Below, in pieces: positions 20,981-29,287 of a DNA stretch of 64,000 nucleotides. Within the stretch, counting starts at the first letter, position 1, and every line of letters begins with the position of its first letter. Made by a program: the position numbers and the translations under genes. Origin of the DNA: an uncultured bacterium (GTDB lineage: Bacteria > UBA8481); NCBI GenBank assembly GCA_964499705.1, contig CAZCME010000015.1, positions 1 through 64,000 on the forward strand. The letters are read 5' to 3'. The notes under the pieces are model-generated. The model saw only the letters and a program-made list of their open reading frames with translations. It had not been told where the DNA came from and did no database searches.

Positions 20981-21012
20981 TAACCGGACGCGCTGCGGAG
21001 TAATGAGCGGAT

Positions 21013-21054
21013 CCTGTGATGGCTACGCTCGTGCACGAGCGTAGCCATCACAGG
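21013..21054. repeat. Perfect 42-bp palindrome with no loop
   Basis: cctgtgatggctacgctcgtg|cacgagcgtagccatcacagg. Confidence 0.95.
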
Positions 21055-21182
21055 GAGATAAGTCAACGCATTGCAAATAATGTGAGCCGAATACGACGAT
21101 TTATGGCGTTGGCAGGTGTTCGGATGCTGAGGTGAAGAACACGCGGTTGATGGGCCCGAGGAGCCACGACTCGTTCATCGCG

Positions 21183-22964
21183 CTACAGGGCGAGTCTCAG
21201 GCCGAGCAAAGCGACGGTCGAGATGATTCCGATGAAGGTCCGGAGGTCGTTCATGCCTTGTCTGCGGGGTTCGTCGGACTCGACGTAGACGGTCGAGTTG
21301 GCGGGGAGTGTGGGGTTGTCCTGTTTGCCGGAAGTGATTCGGGTGAGATCGTACGTGGTGGCGCGGCCGTCGGGGAATCGGACGCGGATCGCGCTCGTTC
21401 GGGATGTGTTCGTCACGCCGCCGGCGGAGGCGAGGACTTGGGTGAGGGTGCCGGGCTGGAACTGGCCGGGGGTCTTCACGTCGCCGATGACGGTCACGGT
21501 CTGCGGTGTGTCGGCCTGACCTGCGGCGGCAACTGGAAGACGCGGAATGAGCACGCGGTCGCCTTCGCGGAGGTCGGTGTCGGGATCGTGGCCGAGGGCG
21601 ATGTCGCGGGCGTTAACGGTGGCTGTGTCGCCGTGGCCGCGGTCGATTATGACGCTGGTGAGATCGGCACGGGTGTCTGGCTTGGCTTCCCGGACGGCGT
21701 CAGCGACGGTGAAGGCTTCGGTTGTGCCGGGATGTTGCACGGGGCCGTAGACCTGCACGTTGGGGACGAGTGCGCGAGCGCGGATCGGGATTGTGATGCG
21801 GTCGCGGTCGTCCAGTCTGGGGTCGTCAAGTTTTCCGGAGAAGATTGCCTGGACGTTGATGCGCACGGATGTTTCGGCACCTGAGCGGAATTCTACGTTT
21901 TCGAGGTCGGCTTCGGGGATTGGGCCGCCGGCGGCGGAGATGGCTTCGGAGAGAAAGAGCGCGGTGACCCAGTTCGGTTTCGATACGGCGCCGGAGACGA
22001 GGATTCTTGGGAGCGTGGGAACGACGATGATCTCGCCGCCCTGCAGTTCGATGTCGCGTTCGACGCCGGCCATGATTCTGGCGGCGTTGTAGAGCGTGGT
22101 GCTTTCTCCGGAGGTGATGCGGACTTCTGTGGGATTGGCTTCGTATGTGAATCCTTCGGCGGCGGAGATTGCGCCGAGGAGGGTTGTCGCGGGAAACGTG
22201 CCGGACTTCTTTACGGCACCCAGGACGACGGCGTTGCGCTGAATCTTAACCGGGGGTGCGAGGTAGAAGACGGTGACGGGACTGGCGGCGATGCCCTTCG
22301 CGCGGATCGTGGAGTCGAGGTCCGTGGTGGCTATTGCCGCGGTCTTGCTCGCGACACGAAAGACACCGAGGCCGCGGATGAGAATCTCGCCGTCGGGATT
22401 GATCGTGAAATCCTGTGTCTGGTTGCCCACAACAATTCGTATGCGATCACCTGGGGAGAGGACGTGACCGGCTACGGTCACGTCATCGAGGGGCGCGGCT
22501 CGCCGCGCCCCTTCTGCCTCGATTGTTGAGGCGGCGTTTCGAAATGCTGATTCGTCTATCATGGGCGAAAGGTCGACGTAGCGGATCTCCGCATTGCCGT
22601 TGCGGACCATCTCGATGTTTACGTCCTTGTCGCCGTGCATGACGAGTGCCACGGTGCGGCCGTAGCGATCTGTGGAATGCGCTTGATCGATGAGCACGGT
22701 GACGCGCTCGCTGAGGATCATTTGCTTCAGAGCATCCGACGATTCTTCGCCGCCCGGTTCGCCGGTGGGCTTGTTGTGCTCGGGGTGGGCGACCTCGGGC
22801 GCGTTGATTCCGGCGAGGCGGTAATTGATCCCATCTGCGCCCTTGAACGTGTCGCCGTCGTATATGAATTCGACGGCGACCGTTCTTCGCTCAATGTCGG
22901 CTTCGGCGCGAAGGTAGGATGGACTCGATATCTGAGCGATGAGTGCGAGGATGAGAAACGTCAT
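21183..22964 (-). CDS. Thermonuclease (SNase) fused to a Wza/OPX-like protein (Poly_export domain + 4 SLBB/beta-grasp repeats + C-terminal hydrophobic helix)
   Basis: Hydrophobic N-terminus; YDGDTF, RLAGINAPE, DRYGR, NIEMVRNG (SNase); LSPGDRIRIVV...INPDGEILIRGLG (Poly_export); four V.G.V..(P)G repeats. ATG 22964 overlaps the radA-like TGA. Confidence 0.82.
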   Translation of the reverse strand: MTFLILALIAQISSPSYLRAEADIERRTVAVEFIYDGDTFKGADGINYRLAGINAPEVAHPEHNKPTGEPGGEESSDALKQMILSERVTVLIDQAHSTDRYGRTVALVMHGDKDVNIEMVRNGNAEIRYVDLSPMIDESAFRNAASTIEAEGARRAAPLDDVTVAGHVLSPGDRIRIVVGNQTQDFTINPDGEILIRGLGVFRVASKTAAIATTDLDSTIRAKGIAASPVTVFYLAPPVKIQRNAVVLGAVKKSGTFPATTLLGAISAAEGFTYEANPTEVRITSGESTTLYNAARIMAGVERDIELQGGEIIVVPTLPRILVSGAVSKPNWVTALFLSEAISAAGGPIPEADLENVEFRSGAETSVRINVQAIFSGKLDDPRLDDRDRITIPIRARALVPNVQVYGPVQHPGTTEAFTVADAVREAKPDTRADLTSVIIDRGHGDTATVNARDIALGHDPDTDLREGDRVLIPRLPVAAAGQADTPQTVTVIGDVKTPGQFQPGTLTQVLASAGGVTNTSRTSAIRVRFPDGRATTYDLTRITSGKQDNPTLPANSTVYVESDEPRRQGMNDLRTFIGIISTVALLGLRLAL

Positions 22965-24730
22965 TGCAGATTTCTTCTCGCCGGCTCGGTCGCCTTCGAC
23001 GACACGCAGTCGTTCCATACTTTGTGTAGCTGATACGCCTTTCGGATGCCGACGTTGAGCTGCCTTCGGAGAAGGTCGGGCGTGACATCGTGGTGGCGTT
23101 GAACAAGCTCGGCGATGCGCGCAATCAGCGGGTCGATGGGTGGACAAGCTGGGCGAGTGGGCGGTAGTGGGGCAGGCGGAATGATCGCCGGCGGTTCTGG
23201 AATCTGAACGGGTGCGCTTTCTGGCTTCGGTTTCTCCGGTTCGACTGGCGACTTCAATTTCCTGATCCTCTTCGAGTGCTGTTTACGCTTCGTGTCCTTC
23301 TCGAGAGATTTCGCTTTTGCCTCGATGGACTTGGCTTTGGACTGTCGCGTTTCTTTTGGACGACCAGACTCGCTTTGCTCGATTGGGAATTCGATGGCGC
23401 GTAAGGCATCGAGGAGAGTCTTCGCGCGAAACGTCGTGAGCTTCGCGCTCGGGGGGAGCGCGTCGCTGCCGATGTGAGGGACGATGACGTTCTGGATTCC
23501 GAGGATCTCGAGTTCGCGGTAGCGCGAGACGAAGTCGCGCGGCGGTAGAAGTCTTCCGTCGAGCGCTACTTCGCCGATTGCTCCCCAGCTTGTGGGCATG
23601 GGCATGGCTTTGACCGCGTGTGCCGTTGCGATCGCGACGGCGAGATCGGCGGCGGAATCCGAAATCTTGTAGCCGCCCAGGACGGTGAGCGCGATGGTGT
23701 TCGGAGCCTTGATGCCGTATCCGTCGAGGATTGTCTGGATGAGTCGGAGCCGCTCCTTCGGGTAGCCGACCACGGCTTCGGAGAGATCGCCGCGTTGGAG
23801 AAATCCGACCTGAATCTCGGTCGCGATGGGCTTCGTGCCTTCCATCGCGACAGCGATGATGCCCTTCCCGCCGCCTTTCAGAATCTCGGCACCGGGGCTG
23901 GCGACTTCCTCGATGCCGTGCGAGGTCATGCGAAAACTTCCGACCTCCTCCTTCGAGCCGAAGCGATTCTTTTCGACACGGAGGAGGATGAAACCGGGGA
24001 GGGTCATCTCGTCGAGGTGAAAAACGGCATCGTATAGATGCGGGACGGACATGGGGCCGGCGAACTCGCCGGTCTTCACGATCTGGCCGGCGACAAGAAA
24101 TGGTATGCCGGACATTTTCGCGAGCTCGACTATCTTGGCGGAGACTTCTTTGACCTGGGCCGGACTGCCGGGCTCGTTGTTGCAGGATTTCGTGCGCATT
24201 CGCTGAAGCGAGTCAATGATGACGATTACGGCCTTGAGCGCATACATCTCGTGGACGGTTTCCTCGAAACCTTTGTCCGCGAGGATGAATAGTTTGGGAT
24301 CTCGCGCATCGATACGTTTCGATCTCGCCGCGGCTTGCGGGAGCGATTCTTCCGCGGAGACGTAGAGCACGGGGCCGTGCTTCTCGGCGATGCGCGAGGC
24401 GATTTGCATGAGCATGGTGGACTTTCCGACTCCGGGTGCGCCCGTGAAAATGACGGCGGATCCCTCGCAGATGCCTCCTGCCTCGGGCGGTCCGCCGAGA
24501 ACGCGGTCGACCTCGGGGTAACAGGTCGAGATGCGCGGAGGATCTTTGACGTCGGCGTCACTTACCGAGAGCGCCGGCATTCTCGGCGCAACCCGATGCA
24601 TTGTCTGCTCGGACTCCTCGACGCGAATCTCGCTCGGATCGAGCCACTTGCCGCACGCGGGGCAACGGGGGAAGTATTCGGACTCCTGGTGCCCGCAGGA
24701 CGGACAGGAGTAGATGGCGCGGTTGCTCAT
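22961..24730 (-). CDS. radA: RadA/Sms-family ATPase with a Lys/Pro-rich linker and FtsK-gamma-like C-terminal winged helix
   Basis: CPSC...CPAC Zn finger, GAPGVGKST, YVSAEES, IIDSLQ, KNRFG signature, Lon-like ADLAVAIA...GEVALDG; extra tail DPLIARIAELV...LLRRQLNVGIRKAYQL. Confidence 0.85.
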   Translation of the reverse strand: MSNRAIYSCPSCGHQESEYFPRCPACGKWLDPSEIRVEESEQTMHRVAPRMPALSVSDADVKDPPRISTCYPEVDRVLGGPPEAGGICEGSAVIFTGAPGVGKSTMLMQIASRIAEKHGPVLYVSAEESLPQAAARSKRIDARDPKLFILADKGFEETVHEMYALKAVIVIIDSLQRMRTKSCNNEPGSPAQVKEVSAKIVELAKMSGIPFLVAGQIVKTGEFAGPMSVPHLYDAVFHLDEMTLPGFILLRVEKNRFGSKEEVGSFRMTSHGIEEVASPGAEILKGGGKGIIAVAMEGTKPIATEIQVGFLQRGDLSEAVVGYPKERLRLIQTILDGYGIKAPNTIALTVLGGYKISDSAADLAVAIATAHAVKAMPMPTSWGAIGEVALDGRLLPPRDFVSRYRELEILGIQNVIVPHIGSDALPPSAKLTTFRAKTLLDALRAIEFPIEQSESGRPKETRQSKAKSIEAKAKSLEKDTKRKQHSKRIRKLKSPVEPEKPKPESAPVQIPEPPAIIPPAPLPPTRPACPPIDPLIARIAELVQRHHDVTPDLLRRQLNVGIRKAYQLHKVWNDCVSSKATEPARRNLQ

Positions 24731-25818
24731 TCGCTTCCATCGCCTTGTCTGTGCTCCGAGGTTGTGACGGTCAGCTGGCCGTGGAGGACGAAAATGCCGC
24801 GCGAGAAGAGCGCTGCGCGGAACCGCTCCGCAGTGCAGTACGTGATGACGATCTCGTTCGCGTCTTTGCTTCTCGACTTGATCAGGACCGTGGGAAACTC
24901 CTCCGATGCGGCGAGGTAGTTCTCCTCGCGCTGGTCTTCGTCGAGTGGTTCCGTCACGAGAAGCCCGGTGACAATGGCGCTGTCCGGAATTTTGTCAGCG
25001 ATCTCATCCACGAGCAGGTGGTCGATCTCGACGTGGCTCGACTTTCTCGTGATGGGGCGAGCGCGCTCTACGAGGATGCGGTCGAGGGTGACGGACGGTG
25101 ACGACGTGCCGGTCGTGAAGACGGCATCGCCTCTGGCGAAGTAGAGCGTGGACTGCTCCACGGCAACGACACGGAATTTCTCCTCGTAGTCGGTGGGGAG
25201 AAGTGTGTCGCGCCAGGTGCCGCGGATCTTGGCGGTGAGTTCGTAGTCGGGGAAGAAGCGACGGGCCTCGCGGGAGGCGGAATACACGTCGCGCGTGAGA
25301 AGGTAGAAGCTCGAGCGCAAACCCATGACGGAGATCGGCGTAAAAGCGGTCGTGACGAGGAAGAGGAGAGCGCAGAGGATGAACTCGGGGACGCTGCCGA
25401 CGTTGATGCGGTAATCCTCGGACGCGGGAAAGACCCAGCGGGCGCGGTGCGGCCAGAAGAGTGGAACGCCGGGGATATTCGCCATGTCGATCAAGATGTG
25501 CGAGAGAACGCCGAACCATGCGGCGAGGTAGTAGAGAAGGCCCCATCCGATCCAGAGCGGTATGAAGAGGAAGAGACACGCGACTAAAAAGACCCACGAG
25601 TGCGTCACAGTGCGATGGCCGAGTTTTCGCTCGAGGAACTGCGGGATGCCGGTGAAGTAGAAGAGAAATCCGATGGTTGAGCGTGGGTGGTCGATGTCGG
25701 GGAGAAGTGAACCGATCGCGGCAAGAGCGAGCGCGGTGCCGTCCATCTCGAACTCGAAAGACGAGCACGCGAATTCGGCGGTGAGCAGGCCGAAGGGAAT
25801 GTGAGTGATCGAGGTCAT
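24727..25818 (-). CDS. YdjM-like inner-membrane metal-dependent hydrolase with a C-terminal soluble domain
   Basis: TH, GSLLPDIDH, HRTVTHS, SHILID and GVPLFWP motifs with several TM segments. Confidence 0.85.
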   Translation of the reverse strand: MTSITHIPFGLLTAEFACSSFEFEMDGTALALAAIGSLLPDIDHPRSTIGFLFYFTGIPQFLERKLGHRTVTHSWVFLVACLFLFIPLWIGWGLLYYLAAWFGVLSHILIDMANIPGVPLFWPHRARWVFPASEDYRINVGSVPEFILCALLFLVTTAFTPISVMGLRSSFYLLTRDVYSASREARRFFPDYELTAKIRGTWRDTLLPTDYEEKFRVVAVEQSTLYFARGDAVFTTGTSSPSVTLDRILVERARPITRKSSHVEIDHLLVDEIADKIPDSAIVTGLLVTEPLDEDQREENYLAASEEFPTVLIKSRSKDANEIVITYCTAERFRAALFSRGIFVLHGQLTVTTSEHRQGDGSE

Positions 25819-26711
25819 CAGTTACTTCTCGATGTCCGCATCATGAACCAGCGGACGAGGAGCATCATTCCGGAGAGCGCTCCGAAGATGGCGTACATGT
25901 CGAACTGGTACATGCCTCGGTTTATGTAGCGCATGATGATGAGAAATGCGAAGAACGTAAGGATGAGCGGCGCTGCGTCGAAATACGAATTGCCGGACCG
26001 ATGAACGAAGAGTTCACGGATGTAGGACTTGTCGATTCGCTCGGCGCCGCGGAGGCGGTCGGCGGATTCGACGATAGCGCTCGGGACTCCGCTCGAGAGC
26101 GTGGCAATCTGGTTCAGGAGAAAATCCTTCGTGCCCTTGTCGATGGGTTTCACGCCAGGGACGGTCTGTATAACGTGCGCGGCCAAATCGCGCGCGTGCT
26201 GAGGCGAGAGCGGGTTCACGATGACCTCGTCGAAGCGCCAGAAGAGGCGGTTGAATCTTGGATGCCTGTGGCGGTTTCGCGCGGCGGCGATGATCGCGAC
26301 TTTCTCGGCGAGAACCTCGATGACGGGGACCGCGAGGACGGGAAGCTGATCGAATTCGTCGAGGAGGAGAACGACTTTCTTGCCGCTCATCTGCGGGAGC
26401 GCGAGAATTTCAGCGATCATGTGGCCGAGTTCCACTATTCGTGTGGCGTGTCCGACCTTCCGCGGCTTTGAGACGCCGGCGGTGATGCAGAGCCAGGAGT
26501 AGATCGAGTCGATGATCTCCTTTGCGGGCACGGGACGGCGAACGTAGTGAATCGCTGTGTCGGTCTTCTTGATCTTGCGCTGAAGGTCGAGGAGGAGATG
26601 GGTCTTGCCGATACCGTTTCTTCCAATGAGCAAGGTGTGGTGCCCCTGCATGGTGTTCCGGAGCAAAGTCTCGATCTCGTTATCGCGACCGATGGTGGCA
26701 TCGAGGATCAC
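25818..26711 (-). CDS. AAA+/P-loop ATPase with two C-terminal transmembrane helices
   Basis: IGRDNE, GRNGIGKT Walker A, LLLDEFD Walker B, SSGVP; hydrophobic tail. Confidence 0.8.
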   Translation of the reverse strand: MILDATIGRDNEIETLLRNTMQGHHTLLIGRNGIGKTHLLLDLQRKIKKTDTAIHYVRRPVPAKEIIDSIYSWLCITAGVSKPRKVGHATRIVELGHMIAEILALPQMSGKKVVLLLDEFDQLPVLAVPVIEVLAEKVAIIAAARNRHRHPRFNRLFWRFDEVIVNPLSPQHARDLAAHVIQTVPGVKPIDKGTKDFLLNQIATLSSGVPSAIVESADRLRGAERIDKSYIRELFVHRSGNSYFDAAPLILTFFAFLIIMRYINRGMYQFDMYAIFGALSGMMLLVRWFMMRTSRSN

Positions 26712-27730
26712 GAGTCGCTCTTTGGTGAGGTGCCGACGGATACCGTGAAGTACGCGGCGGGTTTGCCGGGCTCGTGGACGTAGATCGGGATCGAGTAGAA
26801 ATCCTGTGGCTTGGTGAAGACGACTTCGAATGTGACCGTGTCGCCCTGGCGAAGGTCCTGACCGAGGACGAGGACGTTGGCCTGCACGTATCGATACTGC
26901 GTACCTTCCTTGTCGGTGCGGGAGACGGGGCGGAGGAGAAATCCGTCGACGCGCACTTCGACGGATTTCTGCGAGGTGACGGTGAGCAAGTGGGTGGCGG
27001 GGTTGTACGTTGCCGCGATACCCGGTGGCGCGGGTTCAGCGGTGGATGCTCCGGACTGTGCGACGGCAGCAACTCCATGCGTGGTCCCCGCCACCCGCTC
27101 GCTTCCACCGACGGTGCCGGAAGTTCCGGCCCCCTGGAAAGAGCGCGTGGCGCGTTTGGTCTGACCGTCTTCGATCCACTCGAACTGAACCGAAAAGTTG
27201 TCGGCGGGAAGTTCGATGGTTTGGTTTGGGGCGAGAGTGCCGATCAGGCGATAACGCGGCTTCGTCACCTCGAGATTGATCGCGGGCACGTCGCCGGCAT
27301 TCGTGAGCTTGCCGTTTTGCACGACGATGAGCGGGCGACCGTTGTTCTGGCTTGCACCGGGCATAAGCGTCGTGAGGTCGATCTCGCTTCGCGCGACATG
27401 GGCGGTGATGATCGCGGCGAGGAAGATCGTGGCGGCGATGACGGTGACGCGGATCGGAGGCGCGGATGTGGCGGCGCGAGTGAGTTTCGCTGTCCACACA
27501 CACACGGATTTCGCGAGCACGCGTAAAAATCTCGTAATTAATGAGTCCGGAACTGGTGCGGCATGAGTTACGAGCGGTATGGAATAGGGCGTCTTGACGG
27601 TCGACCTGCGCGCTTCACGGAATTCCGGATCATCGAGTGGAATCTCAACGACAGAGACTGCGCGTGCGTGGGGCGTGCCGGATGAGCGCACGCTCGTGGC
27701 GACGCGCTGGCCGTAGATCATTCGACTCAT
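26708..27730 (-). CDS. Single-pass membrane protein of unknown function with beta-rich extracytoplasmic domains
   Basis: TM segment VTVIAATIFLAAIITAHVA; ATGA/GTGA overlaps with both neighbours. Confidence 0.7.
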   Translation of the reverse strand: MSRMIYGQRVATSVRSSGTPHARAVSVVEIPLDDPEFREARRSTVKTPYSIPLVTHAAPVPDSLITRFLRVLAKSVCVWTAKLTRAATSAPPIRVTVIAATIFLAAIITAHVARSEIDLTTLMPGASQNNGRPLIVVQNGKLTNAGDVPAINLEVTKPRYRLIGTLAPNQTIELPADNFSVQFEWIEDGQTKRATRSFQGAGTSGTVGGSERVAGTTHGVAAVAQSGASTAEPAPPGIAATYNPATHLLTVTSQKSVEVRVDGFLLRPVSRTDKEGTQYRYVQANVLVLGQDLRQGDTVTFEVVFTKPQDFYSIPIYVHEPGKPAAYFTVSVGTSPKSDS

Positions 27731-28380
27731 GGTGTGAGTCGATTCGCGCGGAGCACTTCGATCACGTCTCGCCATGCCGCATCGGCTGATTTACCATCCG
27801 CGCCGGCGACGGCGACCGTGAGTCCTATGTCGATCGGCTTGCCGTTTCCGGGCGTGACGAGACAGACGGATTTGGCGATTCTGTCGGAGATCTCCGCGGC
27901 ACTCTCCGTGTCCGAATTGCGGAGTATAAGACCGAAGATGCCAGGATCGATACGGGCGAGGTCATCGCCTGTTCGTATGGCCGAGAGAAGCGAGGCCGCG
28001 AGATTCTTCACGACGATGTCTCCTCGCTGCGCGCCGAATCGAATGTAGATCCCCTCAATGTCGAATGCGAACGCGGCGATGCTGATGAAGAAGCGATGGC
28101 TCGCGGTTGCGATCTCGGCGGCCAGACGGTGGAAGAAGAATGCTCGACTTTTTGTCTGCGTGAGCGGGTCGATTGCATTCTCGCGGCGGATGTTCTCGAC
28201 GATGGGACGGAATATGCGAGTGAGGTCGATGTTGCGCCGGGGATCGGCGAGAATCGCGGCGTCAAACGCTACGCCGAGGCACTCCGGGCAGATGAAGACG
28301 ATGAGTTCTCCCGCTTCCACGACGCGCGCGTCAGTGACCGCGCCGCACGAGAGCGGGCATGTATGACGAAGAAGGCTCAT
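27727..28380 (-). CDS. Zn-finger plus degenerate GGDEF-domain protein (I-site retained)
   Basis: CPLSC...CPEC; DPLT, FDIE, G...GD; RTGD I-site followed by DLARIDPGIF in place of GGDEF. Confidence 0.8.
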   Translation of the reverse strand: MSLLRHTCPLSCGAVTDARVVEAGELIVFICPECLGVAFDAAILADPRRNIDLTRIFRPIVENIRRENAIDPLTQTKSRAFFFHRLAAEIATASHRFFISIAAFAFDIEGIYIRFGAQRGDIVVKNLAASLLSAIRTGDDLARIDPGIFGLILRNSDTESAAEISDRIAKSVCLVTPGNGKPIDIGLTVAVAGADGKSADAAWRDVIEVLRANRLTP

Positions 28381-28664
28381 TGAAGAACCATCCCGACGAT
28401 CCAATTATCTGTGAGGGGCGACCGTTTTCGATGTAGCCGGACGATTACAGCGCCGTGTGTCTCGCCGTGAAGGGTAAGCGAGATCGGCGCGCGTAGATCT
28501 TCGACAGTCCATGACAGGAACGCGGGATCATGGATTCGGACAGCGCAATTTGTCGCGGAGAAATCGAGGAGATTGCCTTTGCACCGCTTGTCGCCGCGCG
28601 TGAGTTTTACGAGCGCGAGCGATGATGTCCTCATCCGCACGGAGACGCGATCGCGGCGGATCAT
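28377..28664 (-). CDS. PilZ-like small protein (divergent motifs)
   Basis: 95 aa; N-terminal RRDRVSV, GNLLDFSATNCAVRI (DxSxxG-like with N), AVIVR and terminal WIVGMVL follow the PilZ barrel pattern; ATGA-coupled on both sides. Confidence 0.55.
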   Translation of the reverse strand: MIRRDRVSVRMRTSSLALVKLTRGDKRCKGNLLDFSATNCAVRIHDPAFLSWTVEDLRAPISLTLHGETHGAVIVRLHRKRSPLTDNWIVGMVLQ

Positions 28665-29287
28665 CCGTCCCTCCTGCGCCAGTCGGGGGCGCTCCAGGTG
28701 AGCCGAAGGCCTTCGCAAAGTCGCGAGAGGGCGCGGGGATACCGTTCCTCGAAGGCGGCCATGTCGAGATTTGTGGCGATGAGCGTGGGGAGCCGCCGGC
28801 GGTATCGCTGATCGAGGATTCGGTCGGCGAGTTCGCGCGTCCAGTCGGACCGACCCTCGGCCCCGAGGTCGTCGAGGATGAGGAGGTGCTGATACTCGCC
28901 AAGGTTGGGCACGATGGCGCCGTGGTCTGAGATCGCGTTACGGTGCCGTTCGACGAGGTCCGGATGATACCAGTACCAGACCTCCTTTCCGGACTCGATC
29001 CAGCTCGTTGCAAAGGCGAGGAGGGCGTGGGTCTTTCCTGAACCGAAGTTCGTTTTGCCTCGGTCTGAGTGGAGAAAGGCACTCCACTCCGCGAATCTCC
29101 ACGTCCGGAGCATCGGTGTCTGCTCGCGGAGTTCGAGAATCTCCTGCCACGTCGCCCAGGTGCAATTCTCGCGGCCGGCCTGCGCGGCGAGTCGGTCGAG
29201 CAGGCATTGCTTGCACCGTCGGACAGACTCACGTCCCTGCGGATCCTTGGTGTAGAGCCAGCCGCTCATGCATCCGTGTTCGGTCAT
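28661..29287 (-). CDS. DnaC/IstB-like ATPase (helicase loader)
   Basis: N-terminal Cys/His, FGSGKTHA, LLILDDLGAE, RYRRRLPTLIATN; GGAGG RBS; follows the replication initiator. Confidence 0.85.
   Translation of the reverse strand: MTEHGCMSGWLYTKDPQGRESVRRCKQCLLDRLAAQAGRENCTWATWQEILELREQTPMLRTWRFAEWSAFLHSDRGKTNFGSGKTHALLAFATSWIESGKEVWYWYHPDLVERHRNAISDHGAIVPNLGEYQHLLILDDLGAEGRSDWTRELADRILDQRYRRRLPTLIATNLDMAAFEERYPRALSRLCEGLRLTWSAPDWRRRDG

Noticed and set aside
21183-23147. Extended N-termini given by the ORF track for several operon genes (e.g. starts 23147, 29686, 30498, 32809)
   Set aside because: They overlap upstream genes extensively; downstream starts at stop/start overlaps or after an RBS fit better.
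28661-29287. IS21 IstB helper
   Set aside because: No IstA transposase or IS ends; its position after a replication initiator fits a DnaC-like loader.
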